From: a virus
Taxonomy: Duplodnaviria; Caudoviricetes
Virus record (IMG/VR): IMGVR_UViG_3300021255_000083
Coordinates: 1 to 64,000 of that record
Reading direction: 5' to 3' (one strand)
Length of the DNA stretch: 64,000 nt
Shown: piece after piece, positions 26,263 to 37,377 of the stretch
Layout of the letters: each line of letters starts with the position of its first letter
Position numbering within the stretch: position 1 is the first letter of the stretch
The notes under the pieces: generated by a model
Told to the model about the DNA's origin: nothing
What the model saw: the letters and a program-made list of their open reading frames with translations, nothing else
Databases searched by the model: none
Position numbers and translations under genes: made by a program

Positions 26263-27667
26263 TTATTACACCTCCTCTATTATCTAAAGCTTTTTCTATA
26301 GCCTTAGTTATATCTACTGGATAATAATCATTAACATCTACACCAACATTAAAACTATGTTTCGGTATTTCCATTCTAAATGTATGTATATGTCCAAACA
26401 ATAATACTGCTGGTTTTACTTCTCTGCTTTGGTGTTTAAAATCCTGAATAGGGTAATGCATTAGTGCAATCTCTTGCCCCCTGTATTTTATTTCTTTATA
26501 GTCATATACTGCCTTGAATAATGATTTATCAAACTTTTTATCATCTAAAAATATATCGTGGTTTCCTCTAACTAATACCTTGTCCCCATTTAACTGCCTT
26601 AATAATTCATTTGTTTCTTCAGCCTTTTTAAAACTAAAATCTCCTAATATCAATACTAAATCTTGTTTACCTACAATACCATTCCATCTTTTAATCAATT
26701 CATCATCGTGTTCAGCTACTGTTGACACTTTTAATTTAGCTACTCGGTTCTCGTAACTTAAAATATTTTTATGTCCGAAATGATTATCTGACGTTACCCA
26801 TACTTTATTATATTTGTCAAGACATAACTTAAACGGCTCTTTATATTCAGGTAATAACTGTTCTTTAAAACTTTGTCTAAATATATTGGTTTTTATACTT
26901 AATAAGACATTAACAACACCATCATCTATAGTCACATCATTATTGGTTAAATATAATTCTTTTAAATTATGTATATCTTTTGAATACATATCAGCAAACA
27001 TCCTAGCTTCTTCTAATGTGTAACCATTTAATTTAGCTCTAACACACATTAATCTTATATCATCTTCAAAATATGTTAATGATTGTTTAAACGACATACC
27101 ATTAATTAAATTGTTTAGGAACTGATATAACCTTATTATATGATGTAGTTGTTTTCCATCATATCCATATTTATCAATCTTATCTACTATACTTGGGTAT
27201 GGGTGTTCCAATGCCTTAAACTTTTCTTGTGCCATACCTGATATTGCATTATATAACTTTATTTTATTATAACTAGCTATCCTCTCAGCATTCTTAAATA
27301 GTGGCTCTAATATTTGTTTATATTTTTTATTTACTATTCTATAATCAGTAAACAATAACTCTAAAAATTGAGGATTTTGTTTATACATTAATTCAAAATA
27401 TAGTCTTATATCTTTTATATTAATATGCTCATTATTATCTAATACTAATGTGGTTGATACAGCTGGTTTATTTCCTACAAAATCATCAAATGAAGGTAAT
27501 ACTACAGCCATACAATCAATATCACTTTTATAATCAGGCATATAAATAGCCATATTATAATTTTGACTTCCTTGTAATGCTATAAATAATACTTCATATC
27601 CTAAATCATCTTGTAAGTAATTCATTCGTCTTTTTAACTCTTTAAATATTTCTTGCTTTCTATCCAT
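26252..27667 (-). CDS. Nucleotidyltransferase (Pol-beta fold) fused to calcineurin-like metallophosphoesterase
   Basis: N-half LQGSQNY...SDIDC; C-half SDNHFGH, LGDF, RGNHD, HYP, GHIH, NVGVD. Confidence 0.8.
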   Translation of the reverse strand: MDRKQEIFKELKRRMNYLQDDLGYEVLFIALQGSQNYNMAIYMPDYKSDIDCMAVVLPSFDDFVGNKPAVSTTLVLDNNEHINIKDIRLYFELMYKQNPQFLELLFTDYRIVNKKYKQILEPLFKNAERIASYNKIKLYNAISGMAQEKFKALEHPYPSIVDKIDKYGYDGKQLHHIIRLYQFLNNLINGMSFKQSLTYFEDDIRLMCVRAKLNGYTLEEARMFADMYSKDIHNLKELYLTNNDVTIDDGVVNVLLSIKTNIFRQSFKEQLLPEYKEPFKLCLDKYNKVWVTSDNHFGHKNILSYENRVAKLKVSTVAEHDDELIKRWNGIVGKQDLVLILGDFSFKKAEETNELLRQLNGDKVLVRGNHDIFLDDKKFDKSLFKAVYDYKEIKYRGQEIALMHYPIQDFKHQSREVKPAVLLFGHIHTFRMEIPKHSFNVGVDVNDYYPVDITKAIEKALDNRGGVINGI

Positions 27668-27688
27668 AATATTACCTCCTCTCTAATA

Positions 27689-28414
27689 TTAATCTATTGG
27701 TTCTAAATAATTTATTACCTTATTATGTTCTTTTGCAAAGTCAATTTCTTTTTGTGTTATATCACCTATATAACCATCTTTATTTACAACATATATTTCA
27801 TCTGATATTAGAATTTTATCAAGATGTAAATCTATTAGTTGTTGTTTTTCTTCCTCTAATATAGTTGCATCTGGTTGTTCAATCCCATCTGTAAACACCA
27901 TATCACCCTGCATAGTTAATTTAGTTTGCACATCATTTATTTCTTCTCTGAATTTAGGGCTTCCACATATTGTAACTATTTTTCTATACTTGCCCTTTAG
28001 AAATTTAACTAAATCAGTATCAAATATATTTAAAAACTTTTTGTATATACCGTCATAATCATAATCTTCTATATATATTCTTTCTTCTGCTAATTGTTCC
28101 TTATAATCTTCAGGTTTATACTCCCCTGTTCTAAACATATCAACTGTTACAAATAAGTCTGACATAAAATCTGCTAAATTATTTTTATCTATATAGTTTT
28201 CTTCACTAAAATATAGAGAATATGCCACAGCAGTTATAAAGTTTTGAATTGAAAAATTAACTTCTTCTTGATACATCTTCTCATAATCTTTTCGCAATAA
28301 AGTATCTAATTGATGCTCAAATTGACGTATCCAATCAATTAATTTTTGTTTGTTCTTATCTCTAGCTGCCTTTTCCAATCTACGTATTTCATCTCTACCT
28401 AATAAACTACTCAT
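27689..28414 (-). CDS. Protein with C-terminal nucleoside 2-deoxyribosyltransferase-like domain
   Basis: IVTICGS...KILISDEIYVVNKDGYIG...EIDFAKEHNK. Confidence 0.5.
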   Translation of the reverse strand: MSSLLGRDEIRRLEKAARDKNKQKLIDWIRQFEHQLDTLLRKDYEKMYQEEVNFSIQNFITAVAYSLYFSEENYIDKNNLADFMSDLFVTVDMFRTGEYKPEDYKEQLAEERIYIEDYDYDGIYKKFLNIFDTDLVKFLKGKYRKIVTICGSPKFREEINDVQTKLTMQGDMVFTDGIEQPDATILEEEKQQLIDLHLDKILISDEIYVVNKDGYIGDITQKEIDFAKEHNKVINYLEPID

Positions 28415-28911
28415 TTTACTTCTACCTCTATATCTTTATTTTTTCTAACTAAATAACTTTCGCATAAATTATATGAATGTATTATTTGATTATATGCAAA
28501 ATCTTCTGTATGCCAACAAAACCATTTTCTATGTTTTCTACTTGACTTTTTTCTGATATGTTTACACATCTGTTTAAATTTATTTTTTATGTATTTTTCA
28601 TCAGTACTTGAACATACTATGTGACTTTCACAAGTAGAAATTACCCTATCATCTGGGTCAAAATTACCCTGTCCAAATACTATACTATATAACTTTGTTA
28701 CTGTATATCCATCTGGTATATCTATTTCAATACTATACGTTAGACAATATGTTATTAATTCTTCCATATTACATACCATATCATCATTTATAACTTGATA
28801 ACCCTCACCTGTATATAACTTATTATCATATATGTAATTAAAATATGTTTCATTACAAACATATGCACATCTACTATAATTCTTAATCGGTAAACATACC
28901 TTTTCTATCAT
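28411..28911 (-). CDS. Hypothetical protein
   Basis: 166 aa ORF in operon. Confidence 0.55.
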   Translation of the reverse strand: MIEKVCLPIKNYSRCAYVCNETYFNYIYDNKLYTGEGYQVINDDMVCNMEELITYCLTYSIEIDIPDGYTVTKLYSIVFGQGNFDPDDRVISTCESHIVCSSTDEKYIKNKFKQMCKHIRKKSSRKHRKWFCWHTEDFAYNQIIHSYNLCESYLVRKNKDIEVEVK

Positions 28912-28913
28912 AA

Positions 28914-29630
28914 TTAAACCTCTTCCATTATTTTTAATTCAGCATATTTATCTTCTGGAAATTCTGTATTATATTCAACATCTTCAAATAACTCTGGCAT
29001 ATCTTGTTTAAACTTTAATAATAGTGGTATTAATACTTGTTGTATTGCAGGGTGTGTCATTTTACTACATCTTAATCTTAATATATGCCTCCACTCTCTT
29101 ATATTTGCCGTCATATATACTTGTGCTGCTGTTGAATGTGGTAATAACATTCTAAGTTCATCTGGCTTACTACCTGTTTTAGACATATTCATATACATAT
29201 CCTCTACATCAGACATACTATCATACCATATTTTTGATTTTATTTGGCTATCTGAAAATGCTTCACCTTCATAATTAGCCTCTATCCAACTATTATCATA
29301 AAACATAGGCTCTATAAACTTAATCTCATTATCAAACTTATCTTTACCGTAATTACAATATCGTGTGCTTTCAATACTAAAACTTGCTATTCTGTGTCTA
29401 GTTAAATCTTTATATACACCTATATCACAAGTCATACGCACTGTAACCTTTTCGTGCTCTAATACACTTTCGTGATGTCTACTTATACAATTAGTTATTA
29501 GCTTTTTATAACTATCATCTGTAATACTACCCTCACTTCTATAACAATTTCTACAAGCTCGTTCAATCTTTTTCATTATTTTTACACCATCATATGGCTC
29601 TACTTCTATTACTGGTTTTATTATCTTCAT
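28914..29630 (-). CDS. thyX: FAD-dependent thymidylate synthase
   Basis: HESVLEH, RHRIASFSIESTRY (ThyX motif), NIREWRHILRLR; start moved to MKIIKP behind the GGGAGG RBS. Confidence 0.93.
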   Translation of the reverse strand: MKIIKPVIEVEPYDGVKIMKKIERACRNCYRSEGSITDDSYKKLITNCISRHHESVLEHEKVTVRMTCDIGVYKDLTRHRIASFSIESTRYCNYGKDKFDNEIKFIEPMFYDNSWIEANYEGEAFSDSQIKSKIWYDSMSDVEDMYMNMSKTGSKPDELRMLLPHSTAAQVYMTANIREWRHILRLRCSKMTHPAIQQVLIPLLLKFKQDMPELFEDVEYNTEFPEDKYAELKIMEEV

Positions 29631-29652
29631 ATTTACCTCCCAAACTCTGATA

Positions 29653-29681
29653 ATTATATCACACATTGTAAAATATGTAAA
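29653..29681 (-). promoter_or_regulatory. SigmaA-type extended -10 promoter
   Basis: TTTACA-17 nt (ending TGTGA)-TATAAT; same design at 40970-40998, 52120-52148 (TATGAT) and 57617-57645. Confidence 0.7.
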
Positions 29682-29694
29682 TAGATTTTTATAT

Positions 29695-29727
29695 AAAAAA
29701 TTGGAGGTATAAAATTACCTCCAATTT
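29695..29727 (-). terminator. Intrinsic terminator
   Basis: AAATTGGAGGTA/TACCTCCAATTT stem followed by a T run. Confidence 0.75.
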
Positions 29728-29738
29728 ATAATAAACCA

Positions 29739-31677
29739 TTAGTCTTCTACTCGTGTATTCCATTTATTTAAATTTCCATTTTTAAAATCGGTGTATGCTA
29801 ATACAGACATTGGTTTGTAAATTCTATTCATACCTTTACCTCTATTAACAAACTCATTCATTTCATCAAATGTAAATGTTTTTTCACCCTTAGGTGTTTT
29901 AATTGTATATGTTTTTGCATTTTTATCAATAGTATATATTTCATCACCATTATCTATTATTGTTTTACTCTCACCTAATTTATGAAAATCGTATAATTTA
30001 TTTACAAGTTCGTGTACTCTATCGGATTTAATCTTAAATTCCTCATATTCTTCATCACTTAACTTAGATACATCTACACCTCTTAATTCATCTTGTAATC
30101 TATTCAACTCTTCCATATCATCATTTTCTTTTAACTCTCTTGTTTCATCAAGTTTATTAGGATATGCCTCTATTGCTGATATTATTAAATCATTTATTTC
30201 TCCCCAAGCTTCTTCATCATTCTCATCGGTAAATATATCGTGATTAAAGAAGAATTTATCTGCTACCATTTTTTTAGCTATCCCTTTTATATCTTCTTTA
30301 GTTAATGTAAAATCATTCTCATCTGCTTGAAACTCTATTTCAGCACATAATTTTTTAAACTCACTATCTTCTTCAGTTGGTGCTTCTTGTAATTTTCCTT
30401 CAGTAAGATTTAAACCGCTTTTACTAATCATATACTCTTTAATTTCTTCAGGTGTTTGATTTCTATAAACTATTGTGTCTATATCTTCACCTGTTTCTTC
30501 ATCATAAAATACTATTGTATTTGTATCTCTGTGATAGCTTGCAACAACATCCCCAACTCTAACTTTATAATCAACTTTATTAGCCATTTCATCATCTATT
30601 TCAAAATCTTCCTCTGGGTCTTTTCTTTCTTGTAATTTATTTTCAGTTAAATCCATATTTACAAAGTTTTCTACAATGCCATTATCAGATTTATATACAC
30701 TATATATAACATTATCTAAAGAGTAATCCATATCATAGTCTGATGTTTCAAAATAACCATTCTCTTCAATATTATCTTTTACATCATCTAATTCTTCATC
30801 TGATAAAAATATTTCTGATATGATACCATAAGTATTTAATACTCCTCTACTAACATAATCTTTTACAAGTTTCTTTGCACTATCTAAATCTAGTTCTACT
30901 CCCCAATCTTCATTATAATAACCGTGCTTCTTATCCCAAACCTCTGAATAAGCTTCATATTCATCATTATCTTCATCTAATAATACTCCCACTTCATATT
31001 GATACAATTTATTAGATGGATTAATTGCTTCTTCTAATTTCGTGCTTTCAGCTAATTTATTTCCAGCTGGAATTTCTTTCGAAGCCGTTTCTCTACCTCT
31101 TAAATTAGATACCCTTCTACCACCACTACGTCTTGGTGTTTCTTCTGGTGCACCTTCCTCATTACTTTCAGGTTCTTCTATTGGTGTTTCTTCAAATTCA
31201 GGTTCTTCAACTCTACTAGTAGCTGTATTAGGTACAGGTTCTATATCAGATAAATCATCTGAATTTTCATTATCAATATCATCTTCACCTGTAATATCAT
31301 TTAAACCTAATTCATCTTCCATAGCTATATCACTATCAATTTTACCAACTACTACAAAAGCCTCAGGTTGGTCTAAACAAATAGGACAAGTAGCTCCGTG
31401 GTTCTAATAAATGGTCTTCTACAAATGAAGAACCACATATAGGACAAGTTTGTAAATATTGACCTATATAATCTTCATCAAATGGTATATCTCCTTCTGG
31501 TGTATCTTCTACTATTTCTTGGGCTCTTTCAATTACTTCCTCATATTCATCTTTAGTTATCTCTGGGTCTGTAATTACTAGTACATCATCTACAACACCT
31601 TCAACATCTTTGACTTCATCTTCTAATTGGTCAGCCAATGCTTTTAATGTTGCTTCTTGTAAACTTAATTTACTCAC
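29739..31677 (-). CDS. Acidic LQEAT-motif protein with zinc ribbon, ~645 aa after +1 shift at CCA-CGG-A (31396-31398)
   Basis: Shift reunites CPICGSSFVEDHLLEP|GATCPICLDQP and runs into ORF 29739..31322. Confidence 0.7.
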
Positions 31678-31690
31678 TTTCAATTCCCCC

Positions 31691-32452
31691 TTAAAAATCA
31701 TTTATTTCAATAATAATATCATTATCTTTTATATCATAATCCCACGCTAATCCTTTATTAAACTGTTGTTCATAAGTAGATATAACAGGAGATGTATAAT
31801 CACTTAATAATTTATCCATAGCATCTTTTATATCTGATAGTGGTACACCTGTCTTAATTAAATTATCAACATCTAAACCACACTTTTTCAAATACTTTAA
31901 CATTTCAGATTTAGTCTGGTCTTTAAGTTTTGTATAATCTGCATCATCTTCTTCAAGTTTAACACTTTCATCAAGAAGTTTCCCTTCAGCTTCATCAATA
32001 TATTTTTTAAGTGCTTCAACAAATCCATTCTCTGAAACATCTTCTAAACCCTTTAATATATCAATATTAGTTATTAAATTATCTAGAGTTAAATTATAAT
32101 ATTCAAATTCCTCATCATCATCCATACCAATATCACACTCTGGACATACTTCAAATTCAACTTCTTCAGTTTCATTATAATCATATGGTTCTTGTCTATA
32201 ACTATCCCAAGCATCCACATTATAAGTAACATCTTTTGTCAATGTTTTAATGCTATCTATGGGAAACACAGAATGACAGTTATCACAAACTGCCAAGTCT
32301 GTAAATTCTAAATCCCACTTACAATTACATAAATCAGGAATATTATTAATAGTTAAATCATTTGATGTTAAATCATCATTTTTACCATATTTACTTTTAT
32401 TATGTAATGCCTCTGTTATAGCATTTACATAAGCATCATATATATTAAACAT
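31691..32452 (-). CDS. Acidic zinc-ribbon protein
   Basis: CDNC...CPEC; ESVKLEE linker. Confidence 0.55.
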   Translation of the reverse strand: MFNIYDAYVNAITEALHNKSKYGKNDDLTSNDLTINNIPDLCNCKWDLEFTDLAVCDNCHSVFPIDSIKTLTKDVTYNVDAWDSYRQEPYDYNETEEVEFEVCPECDIGMDDDEEFEYYNLTLDNLITNIDILKGLEDVSENGFVEALKKYIDEAEGKLLDESVKLEEDDADYTKLKDQTKSEMLKYLKKCGLDVDNLIKTGVPLSDIKDAMDKLLSDYTSPVISTYEQQFNKGLAWDYDIKDNDIIIEINDF

Positions 32453-32463
32453 AGGTATTCCTC

Positions 32464-35112
32464 CTATACCGTTTTTATTCTATCTTCAATAGATTGAAAT
32501 TTCTCCAAACTATCTCCAGTTAATTCTACATTACCCGACATAAATGCTTTTAATGGTTTTTCGGGGTCATTTATTGTGATAACTACTTTACCTCCAGCTG
32601 TACCTAACTGTATTGTACTTGTACTATCTCCATTATCAAATGTAACATCTACATCTAATCCTAAATCAGATAATGCTGTAAATAAATCTTGTGTTCTTAA
32701 TACTATTTTACCAGCATTACTTTCACTATCAAATCCATCTGATTGCAAAATATCTTTTATAGTATTAGCACTTTTATTATTTACCTCTTCTAATCTTCTT
32801 TGATAATTTTCTGTTATTTTATTTTTACGTACCTTTTCATATGTACCACCATAATTACCATTTATAAACCATAAGTATATACTCAATTCATCTAAATTAG
32901 CCTTTAGTTGTATATTTAGATGTGATACTACATCTTTTATAGCTTTTCTCGTATCATCTTTTGATATATTTTCAAATTCTATAAAATTATGTAACTCATC
33001 CATTAATTCTTCTATTGTTGTATCTTTATTTATTTTTCTTCTAAACCCGTGACTATCAAATGCACTATAAAAATTATCAGTTATAGCTTCAATTACTTTA
33101 TCTTTTGTACGCTTATTAAAATTTGCTTTTCTATTTTTAAATGCTTCTATTTGTTTTTTCCTTCTTTCTACTTTTTTACTTTCATCAAATACGTTTTTAT
33201 TTCTCCAATCACTTAGTCTGTCATCTTTTTCTAACTCATTTAAGTAATCTCTTAATTCTCTATAATTAGTTTCCTTAAAATCTTCTAGCCAATCATAATA
33301 AACATCCTCGTTATCACCGTTTAAATCTTTTAAAGGTCTATCAAAATTAAAATTATTGTATAACTTTAATTTATCTTCATTTGTACTCACATATAAATTT
33401 AACAAGCTATTTAATTCATCATATATAGATACATATTCGTGATTATCTGTACTTTCTACTTTTTTACTTTCATCTAAATCTTCATAATCATCATCTTTTT
33501 TATCTTTAATACGCTTATTAAAATTTACATTTTTACTCTCAGTAGCAAATTCCATATTAGGTGCTAATACATCAACACCAGTCTCATCAAATATCATTTG
33601 AGCTATACCATTTCTTGCATCTTCTATACCATCTTGTTTTATTGTAGCTGGATTAAATGTTTGTCTTAATTTATTTGATAAGTCTTGGTCTACAAAGCTT
33701 AATGTGTGTACTACTGCATTTAATTGAAATGGATATTTAGCTTTACCTACTAATGACCCTATATTTGCTATTTTATTAGCTTTTTGTTCTGGTGTTAATT
33801 CTGTTTTATCTTGTTTTGCTTCTGTTTTTAATTCTCTTAAAGCTTTGCCAAAACTTACAGCTTCAACCTGTTTTATCAAGCTCTCCTTAACATTTAAATT
33901 AATTGATTTACCACCTGTAACAGCTGTTATTGGTATACCTTTTCCATATTTTTTATTTTCATTTATCGGAATAGGCTCATCTAAATAATTTATACTTATA
34001 TCATCTACAGTATACTTACTCATAGAACCCTCATTCTCCATATATTCTTTAATGGCTGCTTCTTCCGACCAATCAGCTGTAAACATTAATGGGTCACAAT
34101 CAGGTAAACTAACTTCAAATGTATATACATCATTTTCACCATCATTATGCAAATCAAAATCTAACTTACCTAATACTGTTATAAAATTATCTGCCCAACT
34201 ATATGCACTTTCTGCATCATAATCTGCAAATAATTCATCTATAGCTTGTTCTATCGTATCATTATTTCCTACCATATTTAATATATTAGATGTTGTTAAA
34301 TCCATTGCAGAATTTAAATGATATGCTTTATCTGCCATATCAACTACAGTTATTGCATCTGATGGGAAATAAAAACCATCTAATTCTGTTTTATCTTCAC
34401 CCTCATCTAACAAATCTCTAAGGTCGTTAAATGCATTTTTAATTTCAGGTGTAATTGATTTTACTATTCTATCTCTATATTCCCTTTTTAATTCTGCTTG
34501 TTCCTTATTATATGTATCTACATCATAATCCTCAGTTTTTTTATCACCAAATATATGTTTAAAATTATCCATATCATCTAATGCATCTTTTTCACTAATT
34601 TCTAGTCCATTAGCATTATAATATTTATTATCAATCTTATATAAATCATATGGAGTTGCTTGTCCACCTACTATACCTTTACCAATATAATATTTTTGTT
34701 TATCATCATCTGATAAATTTATCATATTTTCAGTCTTTTTTGTTTTAGCTTCAACCTTTTTTGATTGTGGAAATTGAACAGAATTTTCATAGGCTTTAAT
34801 ATTATCTACAACAGGCTTTGGTTCAAATTTAGTTACCAAATTATCTCTAAAATCTAATCTAAATTCTGCTATTTGGTCATTCTTCCACAACTCAACAGCA
34901 TCAATTATATCAATGGCTCCATCACCAATTAAACTATTTACTTCTTTTTCAATTTTTTTAATTGTTTTTTCAGTAGGGTCGCCAAATTCATCTAGCTCAT
35001 AATAACTAGATGCTTCTTGATATGTTGGGTCTGTTTTTTGTGTAAACCATAAATCATCTCTATTTAATGTATCTAACACTAGTTCTATTATATTTATGTT
35101 TTCTTCATCCAT
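32464..35112 (-). CDS. Large acidic multi-module protein (candidate internal head protein, 882 aa)
   Basis: Repeated SKKVE/KKTE linkers; duplicated NFNKR(I/T)KDK; two GTAAAATATTA motifs upstream. Confidence 0.6.
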   Translation of the reverse strand: MDEENINIIELVLDTLNRDDLWFTQKTDPTYQEASSYYELDEFGDPTEKTIKKIEKEVNSLIGDGAIDIIDAVELWKNDQIAEFRLDFRDNLVTKFEPKPVVDNIKAYENSVQFPQSKKVEAKTKKTENMINLSDDDKQKYYIGKGIVGGQATPYDLYKIDNKYYNANGLEISEKDALDDMDNFKHIFGDKKTEDYDVDTYNKEQAELKREYRDRIVKSITPEIKNAFNDLRDLLDEGEDKTELDGFYFPSDAITVVDMADKAYHLNSAMDLTTSNILNMVGNNDTIEQAIDELFADYDAESAYSWADNFITVLGKLDFDLHNDGENDVYTFEVSLPDCDPLMFTADWSEEAAIKEYMENEGSMSKYTVDDISINYLDEPIPINENKKYGKGIPITAVTGGKSINLNVKESLIKQVEAVSFGKALRELKTEAKQDKTELTPEQKANKIANIGSLVGKAKYPFQLNAVVHTLSFVDQDLSNKLRQTFNPATIKQDGIEDARNGIAQMIFDETGVDVLAPNMEFATESKNVNFNKRIKDKKDDDYEDLDESKKVESTDNHEYVSIYDELNSLLNLYVSTNEDKLKLYNNFNFDRPLKDLNGDNEDVYYDWLEDFKETNYRELRDYLNELEKDDRLSDWRNKNVFDESKKVERRKKQIEAFKNRKANFNKRTKDKVIEAITDNFYSAFDSHGFRRKINKDTTIEELMDELHNFIEFENISKDDTRKAIKDVVSHLNIQLKANLDELSIYLWFINGNYGGTYEKVRKNKITENYQRRLEEVNNKSANTIKDILQSDGFDSESNAGKIVLRTQDLFTALSDLGLDVDVTFDNGDSTSTIQLGTAGGKVVITINDPEKPLKAFMSGNVELTGDSLEKFQSIEDRIKTV

Positions 35113-35284
35113 TATGATACTCTCCTTTACATACTTTATTTACTCAATAATATTTTACTTATTCTAAAAGGAGATACTGACATTTCTGTTGGTATCTCCT
35201 TCACAAGGTATATGATAGAATTATTGAGTAGTGTTCCTACTCAATAATATTTTACGATACCTTTTTATATAAACATATAACAAT

Positions 35285-36886
35285 CTATACCTTAAAATAT
35301 TTTTCATCTTTACCATCTGACCAATAATAAGACCTTTCAGTTTTAGTATTCCATACTTCCACACTTGCAAAATTATTCTTATCTAATATACGTTTTGCTA
35401 CAGCAATTGCATTGTCTATATCATTCTCTGAATAATATTCATATATTTCTCCCATACCATTATCTCTATCATCTTCGGTTTCCCAATATTCCACTACAAC
35501 TGGTGCTTCTTCATCTTCATCTTCTGTTTTTATCTGTTTACTTTCTATTTTACCTCTTGTACTATTTTTATAATCTATGCCAGCTAACTGTTCTATCTTT
35601 AAATGTATTTCTTCCCATAAATCATCTGAACCATTTACTAACTCATCAACTATTTCTTTTATCTTAGCTTCATTATCTATAACATTTAATGCTTGTACTC
35701 CTACCGCATCATTAGGATTATCATCTATTAATGCTTGTAACCAGTATTTAACTTCTGTAGTAAATGCTTTTTCTAATTCTGTTGTTCCCTGTTCATACAT
35801 ATTATTTAATTTTTCTACATCTTCAACTTTCTTACTTTCTTCATTTTTCAATTTCCAGTTGCCACTCATACTTCTTAATTCCATTACCATACGTTGCTCT
35901 GGTGTTACTCCCATTTTACTATTTTCTCTATTAACAAATTCCTCAGTATCTTCAATATCATCAAAATCAGTCTCGTAATAACCATTCTCACCTTTTTTAA
36001 TTATTATTATTGACTTATCAGATGGTAGTAATCCATAACAAATATCAGGTAAATCTGAGTATTTCATATTTAATACTTTTTCTTTATCTATTGCTTCTAC
36101 TTTTTTACTTTCTGTTACTTTACCATATGTATCATCTATATAACTTTTTATATATTCTTCTAAGTTATCGTTCTTTAATGATATGTTTTCTAAATAGTCC
36201 CCATTTTTATAATCTTTCATAGATTTATATATAGTTACTATAGTTTCATTTTCATTATCATAATTTGGTTCATCTACTTCAGCTACGTAACCTTTATATT
36301 GTATAATATCTTGTTGGCTTAAACTTTCTGTTTTTTCATCATATTCTCCAGCATATATTTCATCTGCTTTTTTTGATATATAATTTATTAATTCTTTTCT
36401 ATTAATTTCAGGGTACTCTTGCATTATCGCATATGCTGTCTCTCGTTTATTAGTATCTTTATCTTGTTTATCTACTTTTCTAGCTGTTTGTATCATTTCA
36501 TATATTTCCATTTGTATATCTTCTAATTTAGCTTCTGTCTTTTTACTCTCTGTTTTAGGTTCACCAAAAGGTAAATCAATTAAATCCCAATTATCATCAT
36601 ATACTGAATGACCTATAAAACTTTGTTTAAAATATGCTTCACCTCTAGTCCCACACTTATCGCAAGTCCAACTACAATATGATACACTATCACCATTTTC
36701 ATTTTGACCACCATATTCAACTGGCTCATAATGTAAATGTGCGTTACATATTGGACACCAACCATCTTGATTATCAAAATATTTAATACCTTGATATTCT
36801 CTATCAGGTGTTACATCTTCTTCTATTTTAGTTCCATTTAGCATTGCCCTCATAGTTGCCTCTTGTAAATCTATATTCTTTTTCAT
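35285..36886 (-). CDS. Acidic LQEAT-motif multi-module protein (533 aa)
   Basis: MKKNIDLQEATMRAM; CPIC/CDKC; ESKKTE, ESKKVE and ESKQIKTE linkers. Confidence 0.6.
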   Translation of the reverse strand: MKKNIDLQEATMRAMLNGTKIEEDVTPDREYQGIKYFDNQDGWCPICNAHLHYEPVEYGGQNENGDSVSYCSWTCDKCGTRGEAYFKQSFIGHSVYDDNWDLIDLPFGEPKTESKKTEAKLEDIQMEIYEMIQTARKVDKQDKDTNKRETAYAIMQEYPEINRKELINYISKKADEIYAGEYDEKTESLSQQDIIQYKGYVAEVDEPNYDNENETIVTIYKSMKDYKNGDYLENISLKNDNLEEYIKSYIDDTYGKVTESKKVEAIDKEKVLNMKYSDLPDICYGLLPSDKSIIIIKKGENGYYETDFDDIEDTEEFVNRENSKMGVTPEQRMVMELRSMSGNWKLKNEESKKVEDVEKLNNMYEQGTTELEKAFTTEVKYWLQALIDDNPNDAVGVQALNVIDNEAKIKEIVDELVNGSDDLWEEIHLKIEQLAGIDYKNSTRGKIESKQIKTEDEDEEAPVVVEYWETEDDRDNGMGEIYEYYSENDIDNAIAVAKRILDKNNFASVEVWNTKTERSYYWSDGKDEKYFKV

Positions 36887-36894
36887 AATTTTAC

Positions 36895-37086
36895 CTACCT
36901 TTCAAAATCATCCTTTTTTCGACTTAATTCTTCTTTTAGTCTATGATTTTCCACCAATACCTTTTCTATAGCACTATATTCAGCTTGTAATTTATTTATT
37001 GTTTCTAATATTTCAGCACGCCTATCTAATAGACACCTTACTACAGGGTCTTTTACTATTGCGTTTTTACTTTTATTTTCTTCCAT
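36895..37086 (-). CDS. Small coiled-coil hypothetical protein
   Basis: 63 aa ORF with RBS. Confidence 0.5.
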   Translation of the reverse strand: MEENKSKNAIVKDPVVRCLLDRRAEILETINKLQAEYSAIEKVLVENHRLKEELSRKKDDFER

Positions 37087-37113
37087 CTCTATACCTACCT
37101 CATTTTATTAAAA

Positions 37114-37377
37114 TTAACCTAATATTATTGTTGCATCCTCACTTGCTATACGCTCATCTAATTCATCGATAATACCCCACTCTGTTGGTACACCTTGGTT
37201 TATCATACTTTGAGTAATTTCTTCTGGTGTCTGAAACTCATACCATAAATAATGATAACCATTACCTTCATCATCATTTGAAATCATAATAACTCTATCA
37301 CCATTGCCCTTAGCTATTTGCTTATTACAAGCATCTGCTAGTTCTTTAACTGTTAAAGGTCTATTCATTTTTCTCAC
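37114..37377 (-). CDS. Hypothetical phage protein
   Basis: ISNDDEGNGYH motif; 87 aa. Confidence 0.55.
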   Translation of the reverse strand: MRKMNRPLTVKELADACNKQIAKGNGDRVIMISNDDEGNGYHYLWYEFQTPEEITQSMINQGVPTEWGIIDELDERIASEDATIILG

